NCBI GenBank assembly: GCA_965277775.1
Contig: OZ255843.1
Span: 1,112,131 to 1,176,130, forward strand
Source of the DNA: Gammaproteobacteria bacterium
GTDB lineage: Bacteria; Pseudomonadota; Gammaproteobacteria; CAKMZV01
Direction of reading: 5' to 3'
DNA length: 64,000 nt
Every line of letters begins with the position of its first letter. Position 1 is the stretch's first letter. Below are positions 29,783 through 39,379 of this stretch, one piece after another. The notes below the pieces were generated by a model. It did no database searches and had not been told where the DNA came from. It saw nothing but the letters and a program-made list of their open reading frames with translations. Position numbers and translations under genes: made by a program.

Positions 29783-32302
29783 TTGATTAGATTATCCGAC
29801 TATAAAAGTTACGGCTGGCGTTTAGAACAGGTCCACTTAGATTTTGCCCTTTTTGACGATTACGCCACCGTCGATTCACAGTTACAACTGCATCGATTGA
29901 AAGCGGATGCGCCCTTATTTCTCAATGGCGAATCCATTGAACTGGTTTGCATACAAGCCAATGGCATTGAACTTCATGCCGATGAATACCGACTCAATGA
30001 GCACGGACTGACGCTGCTCAACCCAACTGACGACCTCAATTTGCGCATTCAAGTCAAAATAAAGCCCGATGAAAATACCCAGCTTCAAGGTTTGTATCGC
30101 TCGCACGGTCTATACTGTACGCAATGCGAGGCGCAAGGGTTTAGGCGCATCACATTCTTCCCAGACCGACCCGATGTGCTGTCCCAATATACAGTCAGAA
30201 TTGAAGCCGATCAGGCAGCCAACCCCGTCTTGTTGAGTAACGGCGATTGCATAGAGCAAGGCCCATGTGACAACCAGCGTCATTATGTCGTTTACCACGA
30301 CCCGCACCCCAAACCTTGCTACTTATTCGCCATGGTTGCAGGTCAACTCGAAGCAAAATTTGATACTTTTACAACGGCTGAGGGACGTACGGTTCAATGT
30401 GGCATTTATGCCGAGCCGCACAATATTGATAAATGTGATTTTGCACTTATTGCGCTTAAAAAATCCATGGCTTGGGATGAGCAACGTTTTCAGCTGAGTT
30501 ATGATTTGGATGAATTTAACATCGTTGCCGTGGATCACTTTAATGCGGGCGCAATGGAAAATAAAGGTCTGAATGTATTCAATGCCAAATTGGTTTTTGC
30601 CTCGCCTGAGCTGGCAACGGACTTGGATTATGAACGCATTGAATCGGTTATTGCCCACGAATACTTCCACAACTGGACAGGCAATCGCGTCACGTGTAGA
30701 GACTGGTTTCAACTGACCCTCAAAGAAGGGCTAACCGTTTTTCGCGACCAAGAATTCACCCGCGATTTACGAGATGGGGTGTGCAAAAGAATTGAAGATG
30801 CTCAGCTCATTTTGGAATATCAGTTTGCCGAAGACAGCGGCGCATTGTCTCACCCCATACAACCCAAAGCCTATGAGGAAGTCAATAATTTCTATACCCT
30901 CACGGTTTATGAGAAAGGGGCAGAAGTCATTCGCATTTACCAAACGCTTCTGGGCAAAGCTGGGTTCGCCAAAGGGTTGCAGCACTATCTTCAAAAAAAC
31001 GATGGCACAGGTGCAACCGTGGCTGATTTTTGGCAAGCCATGGGCGAGGCAAATGATCGAGATTTATCCTTTCTACAACCCTGGTATGATGTGGCTGGAA
31101 CCCCAGAATTATTTATCAATACCCACTGGGATGACCAAGGCTTTCACATTCATTTGCGCCAACAGTCTGGTACGGGTGCATTGTTACCCATCCCATTTAA
31201 ATATGGCGTGATTGACCAAGATGGCGGTATTGTTCAACCAGACAGCCTCTACTTATTGGACAGTGAATCCATCACACTCCACGTGCCACAAGCCCCCAAA
31301 GGCAGTGTGTTATCGCCCTTGCGTGACTTTTCCGCCCCTGTTCGATTGCGTTGGGATGTCGCTCATTCAGACCAATTAAAATTAGCCCAATACGATGGCA
31401 ACGCCTTTAATCGATGGTTTGCCATGCAGCAGCTATACAGTATGGTTTTACTCGACAAACTCACCATTGAACCGGTGATAGAAGTGTTAAGACATAACTT
31501 ATCCGACCCCACGCTCTCACCCCGACTACGCAGTTATTTTTTACGTTTGCCCCGTATCACGGCCATGTTGTCAAACCATGGTCAAAACATTGATGACCTG
31601 TGTCAGCGTCATCTTAAATTGGCTGAAGAGATAGGACAACAGTTACAAGCGACATTACTCGAACACTATCAACAGCTGGGCCCTGCTGTGAATGAACCTT
31701 ATGCGCCCAATCCTGAACAAATTGGTTTAAGAGCGCTCAAAAATCAATGCCTGCATTACTTGACGGTTACCGACCCAAGCCATGCCAGTCAACAATTTGA
31801 TCAAGCCAACAACATGAGCGATCGAATGGCCGCCATTGTGTCTGTACTCATGCGTCCCAAACCCCAATGCCTGAGACGGGAAGCATTATTAAAAGACTTC
31901 TATGAAATGCACAAGGATGAGCCTCTGATGCTGGATAAATGGTTTGCGTTATCCGTGAGCCCACCCATAAAAAGCAGTCTGGCTGTTGCTGAAAATTTGT
32001 TGAATCACCCTGATTTTGATTGGTTGCTGCCCAATCGAGTGCGTGCGGTGCTTGGCACACTGATGCAAAACCCGCACGCCTTTCATCAAGCCCAAGGCTA
32101 TGAACTAGTCGTTAAGGCCTTACAGAAGGTTGATGCGCTTAATCCGCAGCTGGCTGCTCGTCTATATGGTCAGTTTGATGGCATCCAATACTTACCTAAT
32201 TCCTATAAAAACGCCGCCAAAGCTTGCTTACAGAGCGCCTTAGATGAGGCTTGTTCGATTAATAGTCGCGAGCTCATTGAAAAAATCATTCGCCAATGTT
32301 AA
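29783..32302 (+). CDS. pepN: Aminopeptidase N (M1 family), apparently with a TTG start
   Basis: GAMEN motif (NAGAMENKGLN) and zinc motif HEYFHNWTGNRVT...LKEGLT. Confidence 0.9.
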   Translation: MIRLSDYKSYGWRLEQVHLDFALFDDYATVDSQLQLHRLKADAPLFLNGESIELVCIQANGIELHADEYRLNEHGLTLLNPTDDLNLRIQVKIKPDENTQLQGLYRSHGLYCTQCEAQGFRRITFFPDRPDVLSQYTVRIEADQAANPVLLSNGDCIEQGPCDNQRHYVVYHDPHPKPCYLFAMVAGQLEAKFDTFTTAEGRTVQCGIYAEPHNIDKCDFALIALKKSMAWDEQRFQLSYDLDEFNIVAVDHFNAGAMENKGLNVFNAKLVFASPELATDLDYERIESVIAHEYFHNWTGNRVTCRDWFQLTLKEGLTVFRDQEFTRDLRDGVCKRIEDAQLILEYQFAEDSGALSHPIQPKAYEEVNNFYTLTVYEKGAEVIRIYQTLLGKAGFAKGLQHYLQKNDGTGATVADFWQAMGEANDRDLSFLQPWYDVAGTPELFINTHWDDQGFHIHLRQQSGTGALLPIPFKYGVIDQDGGIVQPDSLYLLDSESITLHVPQAPKGSVLSPLRDFSAPVRLRWDVAHSDQLKLAQYDGNAFNRWFAMQQLYSMVLLDKLTIEPVIEVLRHNLSDPTLSPRLRSYFLRLPRITAMLSNHGQNIDDLCQRHLKLAEEIGQQLQATLLEHYQQLGPAVNEPYAPNPEQIGLRALKNQCLHYLTVTDPSHASQQFDQANNMSDRMAAIVSVLMRPKPQCLRREALLKDFYEMHKDEPLMLDKWFALSVSPPIKSSLAVAENLLNHPDFDWLLPNRVRAVLGTLMQNPHAFHQAQGYELVVKALQKVDALNPQLAARLYGQFDGIQYLPNSYKNAAKACLQSALDEACSINSRELIEKIIRQC

Positions 32303-32322
32303 TGCCATTGAATACGCGGGCG

Positions 32323-32358
32323 AAAAAAAACCGCTGAGGCCAAACACACTCAGCGGTT
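32323..32358 (-). terminator. Intrinsic terminator of nrdB
   Basis: On the - strand: AACCGCTGAG-tgtgtttggc-CTCAGCGGTT followed by TTTTTT. Confidence 0.8.
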
Positions 32359-32376
32359 CAAGAGGTCAATGACTGA

Positions 32377-33666
32377 TTACCAGCTTAACGAGCCGCCCGA
32401 TTGATATTCAGTGACTCGTGTTTCAAAGAAATTTTTCTCTTTTTTAAGATCCATGGCTTCACTCATCCATGGCATAGGATTGGTCGCTCCGACAAATTGC
32501 TCAGGCAAATTCAATTGCTTACAACGCCTATTGGCAACATATTGTAAATATTCTTGGATGATGTCTGCATTCAAGCCCAGCATGCCATTGGGCATGGTGT
32601 CTTGCGCGTACTTCACTTCTAAATCAATGGCCTCGTGTAGCATGGTTAAAATGCGCTGTTCAAACGCCTCATCCCACAACCCCACATTCTCATTGCGGAT
32701 TTGATTGATGGCATCAATACCAAAATTAAAATGGACCGACTCATCGCGCATAATGTACTGATACTGCTCAGCAATGCCCATCATTTTATTGCGCCGACCC
32801 AATGACAATACTTGAGCAAATCCAGTGTAAAACCATAAGGACTCCATGCACACGTACAAGGCAAACAAATTACAGACAAAACGCCGTTTGTTTTCTAAAG
32901 TGTTGGGCATGAAATGACCTTCTTCTAAAGCCTTTGTATGCTCTAACGCCCACGCCGCTTTGTCATGTACTGATGGAATTTCCATGTACATATTAAAAAT
33001 TTCACCATCATCCAATCCCAAGCTCTCAACAATGTATTGAAAAGTGTGGGTGTGAATGGCTTCTTCAAACGCTTGGCGCAATAGGAACTGACGACATTCT
33101 GGATTGCTCAAATGGCGATAAACAGAGAAGATAATGTTGTTGGCCACCAACGACTCGCTAGATGCAAAAAAGCCCAAATTGCGCTTGAGCATGAGACGCT
33201 CATCATCGGTTAAACCATTAGGGTCGCGCCACGTTTCAATATCTTTGGTCATGGGCACTTCGGTTGGCATCCAATGATTTGCACAGCCCGTTAAATAGCT
33301 TTCCCACGCCCAATGATACTTTATGGGTACCAATTGATTAACATCTGCCCGCGAATTCAACATGGATTTATCGTCCACGCGCACGCGCGAACTCTTTGCC
33401 CCTTCAACCGGTTTGGCCACAGACAAACTTTCATGAGCCGATTGTTCTAATACAATTTCTTTCGGTGCTTCTGATTCTTGGGGCTTCGCCCAATGATCAT
33501 TTTTGAATTCTTGTAAAATGAGATCGACTAATGGATCGCTGTCTGTATCGATTTTTTGAGCATCACCCATGGAAGGCTGATTCTGTTCATTCAGCTCATT
33601 TTGTAAGAATGGGTCAATCTTTGACTCTTCTAGATTTATTTCTAATGGGTTGTCCCAGTCTTTCAT
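32377..33666 (-). CDS. nrdB: Class Ia ribonucleotide reductase beta subunit with a long acidic N-terminal extension (Pseudomonas-type)
   Basis: Di-iron ligand motifs ([20 protein letters not shown]). The C-terminal tail ends in SW. Confidence 0.9.
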   Translation of the reverse strand: MKDWDNPLEINLEESKIDPFLQNELNEQNQPSMGDAQKIDTDSDPLVDLILQEFKNDHWAKPQESEAPKEIVLEQSAHESLSVAKPVEGAKSSRVRVDDKSMLNSRADVNQLVPIKYHWAWESYLTGCANHWMPTEVPMTKDIETWRDPNGLTDDERLMLKRNLGFFASSESLVANNIIFSVYRHLSNPECRQFLLRQAFEEAIHTHTFQYIVESLGLDDGEIFNMYMEIPSVHDKAAWALEHTKALEEGHFMPNTLENKRRFVCNLFALYVCMESLWFYTGFAQVLSLGRRNKMMGIAEQYQYIMRDESVHFNFGIDAINQIRNENVGLWDEAFEQRILTMLHEAIDLEVKYAQDTMPNGMLGLNADIIQEYLQYVANRRCKQLNLPEQFVGATNPMPWMSEAMDLKKEKNFFETRVTEYQSGGSLSW

Positions 33667-33690
33667 TTTAACCTCTTTGCCGAATTTTAA

Positions 33691-36522
33691 TTATTGACAC
33701 GCTTCACATTCTGGATCGAGAATGCTACAGACTTTGGGTGACTCATTCGTTTCTGAAAGTGTGACCCCACTTGAATGACTGCTTTTGTCTAAAGTGCTCT
33801 TCTCCACAGAAGAAGCGCCCAGTGAACGCAAATAGTACGTTGTTTTCAGGCCTTTTATCCACGCCAGCTTATAGATATTATCTAACTTTGTGCCCGAAGG
33901 TTCGGCCAAATATAAATTTAATGATTGGGCTTGATCGATCCATTTTTGACGACGAGAGGCGCATTCAATCAACCAACCGGCATCTATTTCAAATGCCGTC
34001 AAATAGAGCGCTTTTATGTCTTTGGGTACGCGTTCAATTTCACCGAGATCACCATCATAATACTTAAGATCATTCACCATCGATTTGTCCCAAAGTCCAT
34101 GATTCTTTAAGGCTTCGACCATCATGGGATTGACCACAGTGAAATCACCAGATAAATTTGCCTTCACATAAAGGTTCTTATAAGTCGGCTCTATGGACTG
34201 GCTCACACCACAGATATTTGCAATGGTTGCTGTCGGCGCAATGGCCATGGTGTTGGAGTTTCGCATGCCGTGCGTCTTAACCTTTTGCCGTAAAGCTTCC
34301 CAATCCAACGTTTGGCTCTCATCTTGTTTTAAATAACCGTCACGCGATTGCCTCAACTGAGCAATGGAATCTATGGGCAATACGCCTTTAGACCACAATG
34401 AACCCTCAAATGATTCATATTTGCCGCGTTCTTTTGCCAAATCATTTGAAGCTTGAATGGCATAATAGCTGATGGCCTCCATCGAGCGATCGGCAAATTC
34501 AATGGCCTCATTACTGGCGTACGAGTGACCCAGCTTGTACAACGCATCTTGGAAACCCATCAGGCCAATGCCCACAGGGCGATGGCGTAAATTAGAGACT
34601 TCAGCTTTTTTAACGCTGTAATAGTTATACTCAATCACATTGTCTAACATCCGCATCGCCGTATTTATGGTCCGCTCTAATTTATGCAAATCAAGCGTTC
34701 CTTCGTCCGTGATGTGTTGGACCAAATTAACGCTGCCTAAATTACAAACAGCGATCTCTTCTTCATTGGTGTTCAGGGTGATTTCAGTACACAGATTTGA
34801 ACAGTGAACCACCCCTTTGTGTTGCTGGGGTGAACGCAAATTACAAGGGTCTTTAAAAGTGATCCATGGGTGACCTGTTTCATACAACATGGTCAGCATC
34901 CGCCGCCATAAATCTTGGGCATTGACGGTTTTACTTTGGATTTTGCCTTGCTCAGCCAAGGCCTCATACGCTTCATACTGGGTTTCAAACGCTTTGCCAT
35001 AAAGATCGTGTAAATCAGGGACTTCATTGGGTGAAAACAACGTCCAATCTGCCTCTTTGGCCACGCGCTTCATGAATAAATCTGGCACCCAGTTGGCCGT
35101 ATTCATATCGTGCGTGCGACGGCGATCATCACCGGTGTTTTTTCTGAGCTCTAAAAACTCTTCAATATCCAAATGCCATGTTTCCAAATAAGCACAAACC
35201 GCACCCTTACGCTTACCGCCTTGATTGACCGCCACAGCGGTATCATTGGCGACTTTAAGAAAGGGCACCACCCCTTGCGATTTGCCATTGGTCCCTTTAA
35301 TACGAGAACCCATTGCACGAACTTGCGTCCAGTCATTGCCCAAACCACCCGCAAATTTTGATAATAATGCATTTTCTTTGACGCCTTCATAAATTTGATC
35401 CAAATCATCGGCAATGGTCGTGAGATAACACGAGGACAGTTGTGGACGCAAAGTTCCAGAGTTAAATAAGGTGGGCGTTGAACTCATAAAATCAAATGAG
35501 GACAGTAACTGATAAAACCGAATGGCGCTTTCTGTTTTATTTTGTTCATGCAATGCCAATCCCATGGCCACCCGCATGAAAAACGTTTGTGGCAATTCGA
35601 TGCGATTGTCCGCATGGTGAATAAAATAGCGGTCGTATAAGGTTTGAATGCCCAAATAATTAAATTGCAAATCTCGTTCTGGTTGGAACGCTTTGCTGAT
35701 TTGATCTATGTCAAAATCACTGGCCAAACGCTCATCAATCAAACCATGCTCAATACCTCTGGCAAGATACAACGAAAAACTGTCTTGATAGTAGTGTGGC
35801 ATTTCAGCCTGAGTTGCAAGAACGCTCTTGCCATACAATCCGCTAAGCACCTCGCGACGAATGTCGTCCAACAATAAACGCGCTGCAACGAAAGCATAGT
35901 TTGGTTCTGCTTCAATCAAGGTTCGAGCACTCATCACCATGGCTGGATTGATGTCCCGCTCAGACATTCTTGAATAAACGCTTCTCATGGTCTCATCGAT
36001 AACTTTCTGTGTGTTCACATCGGGCAAACCTTGACACGCTTCGTTGACGACTTCATGAATGCGTTCAATGTTTAAAGGTTGCTCTGTGCCATCAGCCATT
36101 TGCACAATAATGTTGGGTTTGGTAACCTTATGCTGGGCAGCATTTTTCTTGGCTCTATCAGCAGCTCTTTGTTCACGGTAAAGCACATAGGCCCGAGCAA
36201 TCTTCGGTTCGCCATGGCGCATCAAAGCCAATTCTACTTGATCTTGGATGTCTTCAATATTGATGGGGGTGCCCGCCGCCACTCGACGCGTGACTGCCGC
36301 ACAGACCTTATGCGTAAGATCGATGATAACGGCTCTCGTGCTTTGTGCCGATTCCATATCTTCGCCGATTGTCGCCTTGTACGCTTTGGCAATGGCAACG
36401 ACAATTTTATTGGGATCAAAGGAGGTGATTTCGCCGTTTCTACGCAATACATTGTATTGAGAATGGGCTGACAAAGGCTGTGAAATGTCAATTTCTTGGG
36501 TGTTTTGAGTAATTTGTATCAC
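33691..36522 (-). CDS. nrdA: Class Ia ribonucleotide reductase alpha subunit (long form with extra N-terminal ATP-cone), GTG start
   Basis: ATP-cone VLRRNGEITSFDPNKI, active-site regions NLCTEI and CNLGS, and C-terminal CxxC tail (CEACQ). AAGGAG lies 5 nt upstream of the GTG. Confidence 0.9.
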   Translation of the reverse strand: MIQITQNTQEIDISQPLSAHSQYNVLRRNGEITSFDPNKIVVAIAKAYKATIGEDMESAQSTRAVIIDLTHKVCAAVTRRVAAGTPINIEDIQDQVELALMRHGEPKIARAYVLYREQRAADRAKKNAAQHKVTKPNIIVQMADGTEQPLNIERIHEVVNEACQGLPDVNTQKVIDETMRSVYSRMSERDINPAMVMSARTLIEAEPNYAFVAARLLLDDIRREVLSGLYGKSVLATQAEMPHYYQDSFSLYLARGIEHGLIDERLASDFDIDQISKAFQPERDLQFNYLGIQTLYDRYFIHHADNRIELPQTFFMRVAMGLALHEQNKTESAIRFYQLLSSFDFMSSTPTLFNSGTLRPQLSSCYLTTIADDLDQIYEGVKENALLSKFAGGLGNDWTQVRAMGSRIKGTNGKSQGVVPFLKVANDTAVAVNQGGKRKGAVCAYLETWHLDIEEFLELRKNTGDDRRRTHDMNTANWVPDLFMKRVAKEADWTLFSPNEVPDLHDLYGKAFETQYEAYEALAEQGKIQSKTVNAQDLWRRMLTMLYETGHPWITFKDPCNLRSPQQHKGVVHCSNLCTEITLNTNEEEIAVCNLGSVNLVQHITDEGTLDLHKLERTINTAMRMLDNVIEYNYYSVKKAEVSNLRHRPVGIGLMGFQDALYKLGHSYASNEAIEFADRSMEAISYYAIQASNDLAKERGKYESFEGSLWSKGVLPIDSIAQLRQSRDGYLKQDESQTLDWEALRQKVKTHGMRNSNTMAIAPTATIANICGVSQSIEPTYKNLYVKANLSGDFTVVNPMMVEALKNHGLWDKSMVNDLKYYDGDLGEIERVPKDIKALYLTAFEIDAGWLIECASRRQKWIDQAQSLNLYLAEPSGTKLDNIYKLAWIKGLKTTYYLRSLGASSVEKSTLDKSSHSSGVTLSETNESPKVCSILDPECEACQ

Positions 36523-36620
36523 AACTTCTCCTTGGTCATAAACAGATTCAAATAAACGATTTGCGCCTTTTCCTTACCCAGAGATCACAACTTCTCCATG
36601 GTCATAATCAGATTCAAATA
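36518..36620 (-). repeat. Direct duplication (two 37-nt copies, 66-bp period, 35/37 identical) of the nrdA ribosome-binding/start region
   Basis: - strand: TATTTGAATCTG(A/T)TTATGACCA(T/A)GGAGAAGTTGTGAT at 36620..36584 and 36554..36518. The proximal copy contains the nrdA GTG. Confidence 0.9.
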
Positions 36621-37063
36621 CTTACGTTTTTTGGAGGATATTATAGATCAAGTGTCTTCCTCCCGTGACTGGAAAAACCACCCAAAATATAAATAAAAAT
36701 TAAAGTCTATACAGAACAATAACATACGCAAACTAACCACCATTTTCTCTACCCAAAAAACAGATATTTTGAGGTTAATTGCAATTCAATTTGTAATGCA
36801 CGACTACGCTAAAGCCTTGTTCCATCTGGTTTTTTAGCCGCTACACTGCGACTGAGCGCGCCAACCATTGATCGAGTCCTACGGTCTTTGGCGATAGTCA
36901 AAATGTTCAGGTTTTAAAGGGTTGTTTTGTATGAAATGGCTATAAAAATACCACCCTAAAACAAGTGAATGCCTTATGTCAAATTTCGAGAGTCCATTCA
37001 TTCTGATAAGCACAAAGCCGTTCATTGCTTTTTGATTAAGCGTAAAAGGAATATTATCTTGCA

Positions 37064-37840
37064 TCACACCCTATAGCAAGCCTCTTCAAACTTGTATGTA
37101 TGCTTTTTGCTACTAAGTTTGCGGTTGTTGTTTCTTTGCCTCTTTGGTTTGCTTGGCTTGTGTTTAGTTTGGCTCTTAATCTGCTTTGTCTCTTTTGTCT
37201 CATTAGGTAACTGTAAATCTTCATGGCTTTTACTAATACATCCCCGATCCATGATGAAAAGGATAACATAGGGCTGCTGAATGTTAATCCACCGATTGTC
37301 ACCATATAAATGCCCATAATTTAAGGCTTTGAGTGGTGAAAAAGAGAGAATTTTGCACAGCAGAAAACAGCTCAATAATAACGGCAGATTTCCGCATAAT
37401 TTTCTAACTTTTGTTTTATGGTTTTTTGGGGAAGTATGTTGGTTCACTTTACACCCCAACAAGCCAAATTTGGTTAATATTTGCTGTGTGGTATGTATGC
37501 TACTTGGTGCTAATGTGTATTCCTTATAGCGTGAGTGTGTATGCGGGTTACATACCCAGTGGCTCTGTATGTGTATGGAATACACACTTTGTAAAATGCT
37601 TATATGCTTTCTAAAAGAGGTATCAGCTTTGGCAGTAAAACTCCCAAAAGCGGTAGAGGATTCACCCTTAAGGGTATTTTGATAAAAATACAGCAAAACC
37701 CTAATATGCTTTGGTATTTTTGTCTGCATGAGCTTAAAATTAGCGTTATGGTTGAATTCCTGAGATATGGAAGAACTGCTTGCCTTGTTTGGGTTATTGC
37801 CGTAACCCACAAGGCTTTTTTTATGGAAGGCTTTAACCAT
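37064..37840 (-). CDS. Islet hypothetical protein (His/Lys/Ser-rich), possibly a replication/recruitment factor. The start is taken at MVKAFHKK with GGAGGG upstream
   Basis: An ORF of more than 770 nt staying open in AT-rich DNA is unlikely by chance. It overlaps the alpA stop by 8 nt. I recognise no family, and the 3' third may be decayed. Confidence 0.4.
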   Translation of the reverse strand: MVKAFHKKSLVGYGNNPNKASSSSISQEFNHNANFKLMQTKIPKHIRVLLYFYQNTLKGESSTAFGSFTAKADTSFRKHISILQSVYSIHIQSHWVCNPHTHSRYKEYTLAPSSIHTTQQILTKFGLLGCKVNQHTSPKNHKTKVRKLCGNLPLLLSCFLLCKILSFSPLKALNYGHLYGDNRWINIQQPYVILFIMDRGCISKSHEDLQLPNETKETKQIKSQTKHKPSKPKRQRNNNRKLSSKKHTYKFEEACYRV

Positions 37841-38033
37841 TGTTGCCCTCCTTGCTTGATTGCGTTTTTTGCTCAAGCCAAGCATTGATTTTGTTTGCCT
37901 CCCAGCCAATTGCTCGATCGCTCAACTTTAGAGGCTTTGGAAATACCCCTTTTTCCATAAGTTGATTAATACGGCTAAGGGATACCGGGATGAGGTCTTT
38001 TAATTCAGACCAGCGGTTTATCTTCGTTGTCAT
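37833..38033 (-). CDS. alpA: AlpA-family phage/island transcriptional regulator (excisionase-like HTH)
   Basis: 66 aa. LIPVSLSRINQLMEKGVFPKPLKLSDRAIGWEANKINAWL matches the AlpA pattern (HTH followed by FP.P.kl..r...W....v..Wl). Confidence 0.75.
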   Translation of the reverse strand: MTTKINRWSELKDLIPVSLSRINQLMEKGVFPKPLKLSDRAIGWEANKINAWLEQKTQSSKEGNNG

Positions 38034-38150
38034 AAATACTCCTAATAAAATGTTATTAAACGTATTTATACCCGGCGTATAGCCATTCGTACAGGTGAGA
38101 AATCAGGGGTAAAAAATCACCCCTTATAAATATTGACTCTCTCTAAAACT

Positions 38151-38810
38151 TTATTTTCGACGCGTATCTATCGTCTTGATTTTTTGGTTGGCTTGTTTGA
38201 TGTAACTATTTATGGTTTCATCATCATTTACGCCTTTATAGGTGCTTGGGGTTTCTATGCTGGTTAATTTTCCCCGCACCAAGAAAGAACAAAGTTTCTT
38301 TGTACTGGTTGGCTCTATACCTAAATTCTTGCACCGTATTAAAAGGAAAGTGATAAAGTGAATTTCAGGCTGTGGATTATTGTCTCTGGTCTTTCTTTGC
38401 TCAAGAAATCCATCAATAGATACTTGAAAATCGTATTGGTCATTTTTACCTTTAGATAAATGACCACTATTTCTCAGGATATTGGCTATAGCTTGTTGAA
38501 CTGCTTTGACAAGCTCGTGTTTTGTGAGGATAGCAAAAGATTCTCTAAATTCGTCTGAATCGGGTGTGCTTTGACAATATCGCTCGAAATCGCCGACATC
38601 ATCCGTTTCCACCCTCAATATATCCTTGATGCCTTTTAGAGCTTTATCAACGCTTTGTTCAATTTTTAACGCTTCTTTTTGCTCGAAATAGGTTTGACTA
38701 TCAGCTGTGATAAGCTCGGCTAGTTTTTGCAACTTGGATTTGTCGTTTTCTTCTGGAAAAAATGGTTGAAGCTCATCCTCCCTAACTATTATTGAACTTA
38801 TTTTTTCCAC
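38151..38810 (-). CDS. Unknown 219-aa protein, third gene of the MTase-HNH cassette
   Basis: ORF overlaps the HNH gene stop by 13 nt (translational coupling). Acidic helical N-half and basic C-half. I recognise no motif. Confidence 0.6.
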   Translation of the reverse strand: MEKISSIIVREDELQPFFPEENDKSKLQKLAELITADSQTYFEQKEALKIEQSVDKALKGIKDILRVETDDVGDFERYCQSTPDSDEFRESFAILTKHELVKAVQQAIANILRNSGHLSKGKNDQYDFQVSIDGFLEQRKTRDNNPQPEIHFITFLLIRCKNLGIEPTSTKKLCSFLVRGKLTSIETPSTYKGVNDDETINSYIKQANQKIKTIDTRRK

Positions 38811-39379
38811 TCTATATGTCCGTTAAAGTCATGCTGATCAAAAATGTTTAGCACATCTTCACAAAACTTCATAGTTTCAATATTGTTTTCTAGTTTTGCC
38901 AGTTCATATAATCTAATGAACATCTTTTTGCCCGTTTCTGTTTGCTTCAGCGTCTTTTTTAGGAAGTTATGTTTAGCGCACAACGTTTGACCATTTTCTA
39001 TTGTTGCTTTACCTCCATACTGTTTGGGCTTAATGTGGTCAACATGTAATTCAACACCATTGTTTGTACTTGCACCGCAAATTACACACTTATATCCATC
39101 TCGCTTTTTAATAATTTGTTTTTGGGCTTCTGTAAAATCTTCTAACTCTTTTTTTGTAACTGATAAGGGCTCATATCGGTAAACGCCTTTACTTTTTTTT
39201 ATTAAAAACCCCTCTTGAGATAATTTTCTAATACCTCTGTCAGGGTCTCTGAATACTTCGCCTGTCCGCTTGGTATATTCGAAAGTTAACCAATCAACCG
39301 CCTCTTGATGCTCTATATCTCTGTTTGGGTTGTTTATGTAGAATTCTTTAATTAGCTCTGATTGTGATATTTTTTTCAT
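38798..39379 (-). CDS. HNH (beta-beta-alpha-Me) nuclease, likely the restriction endonuclease partner of the adjacent methyltransferase
   Basis: CVICG...ELHVDHIKPKQYGG...NGQTLCAKHN is an HNH motif with a CxxC...C pair. The N-terminal ~90 aa look winged-helix-like. ATGA overlap with the MTase gene. Confidence 0.75.
   Translation of the reverse strand: MKKISQSELIKEFYINNPNRDIEHQEAVDWLTFEYTKRTGEVFRDPDRGIRKLSQEGFLIKKSKGVYRYEPLSVTKKELEDFTEAQKQIIKKRDGYKCVICGASTNNGVELHVDHIKPKQYGGKATIENGQTLCAKHNFLKKTLKQTETGKKMFIRLYELAKLENNIETMKFCEDVLNIFDQHDFNGHIEWKK

Noticed and set aside
36620-36700. Search for NrdR boxes and a clear sigma70 promoter upstream of nrdA (ACACTTGATCTATAATATCC on the - strand)
   Set aside because: There is a TATAAT-like hexamer, but the sequence is not the palindromic ACAC-N-GTGT type NrdR box, and the -35 is poor. 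This is not enough to call.
36700-37100. Direct repeat of the tRNA-Thr 3' end that would mark the distal att site of the islet (closest: atcgagtcctacgg at ~36871)
   Set aside because: It shares only about 6-7 consecutive matching nucleotides with gggagtcgaacccgtg, which is within chance expectation. The islet boundary therefore remains undefined.
36879-37317. Short overlapping ORFs at the left end of the islet (36879..37067, 37054..37317)
   Set aside because: They have mutually overlapping frames, no motifs and no RBS. I treat them as decayed or non-coding parts of the islet.
38105-38124. Hairpin AGGGGT-gatttttt-ACCCCT (- strand) after the three-gene cassette, considered as its terminator
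   Set aside because: The stem is only 6 bp and the T-run lies in the loop rather than after the stem. It is mentioned in the findings but is too weak to list as a feature.
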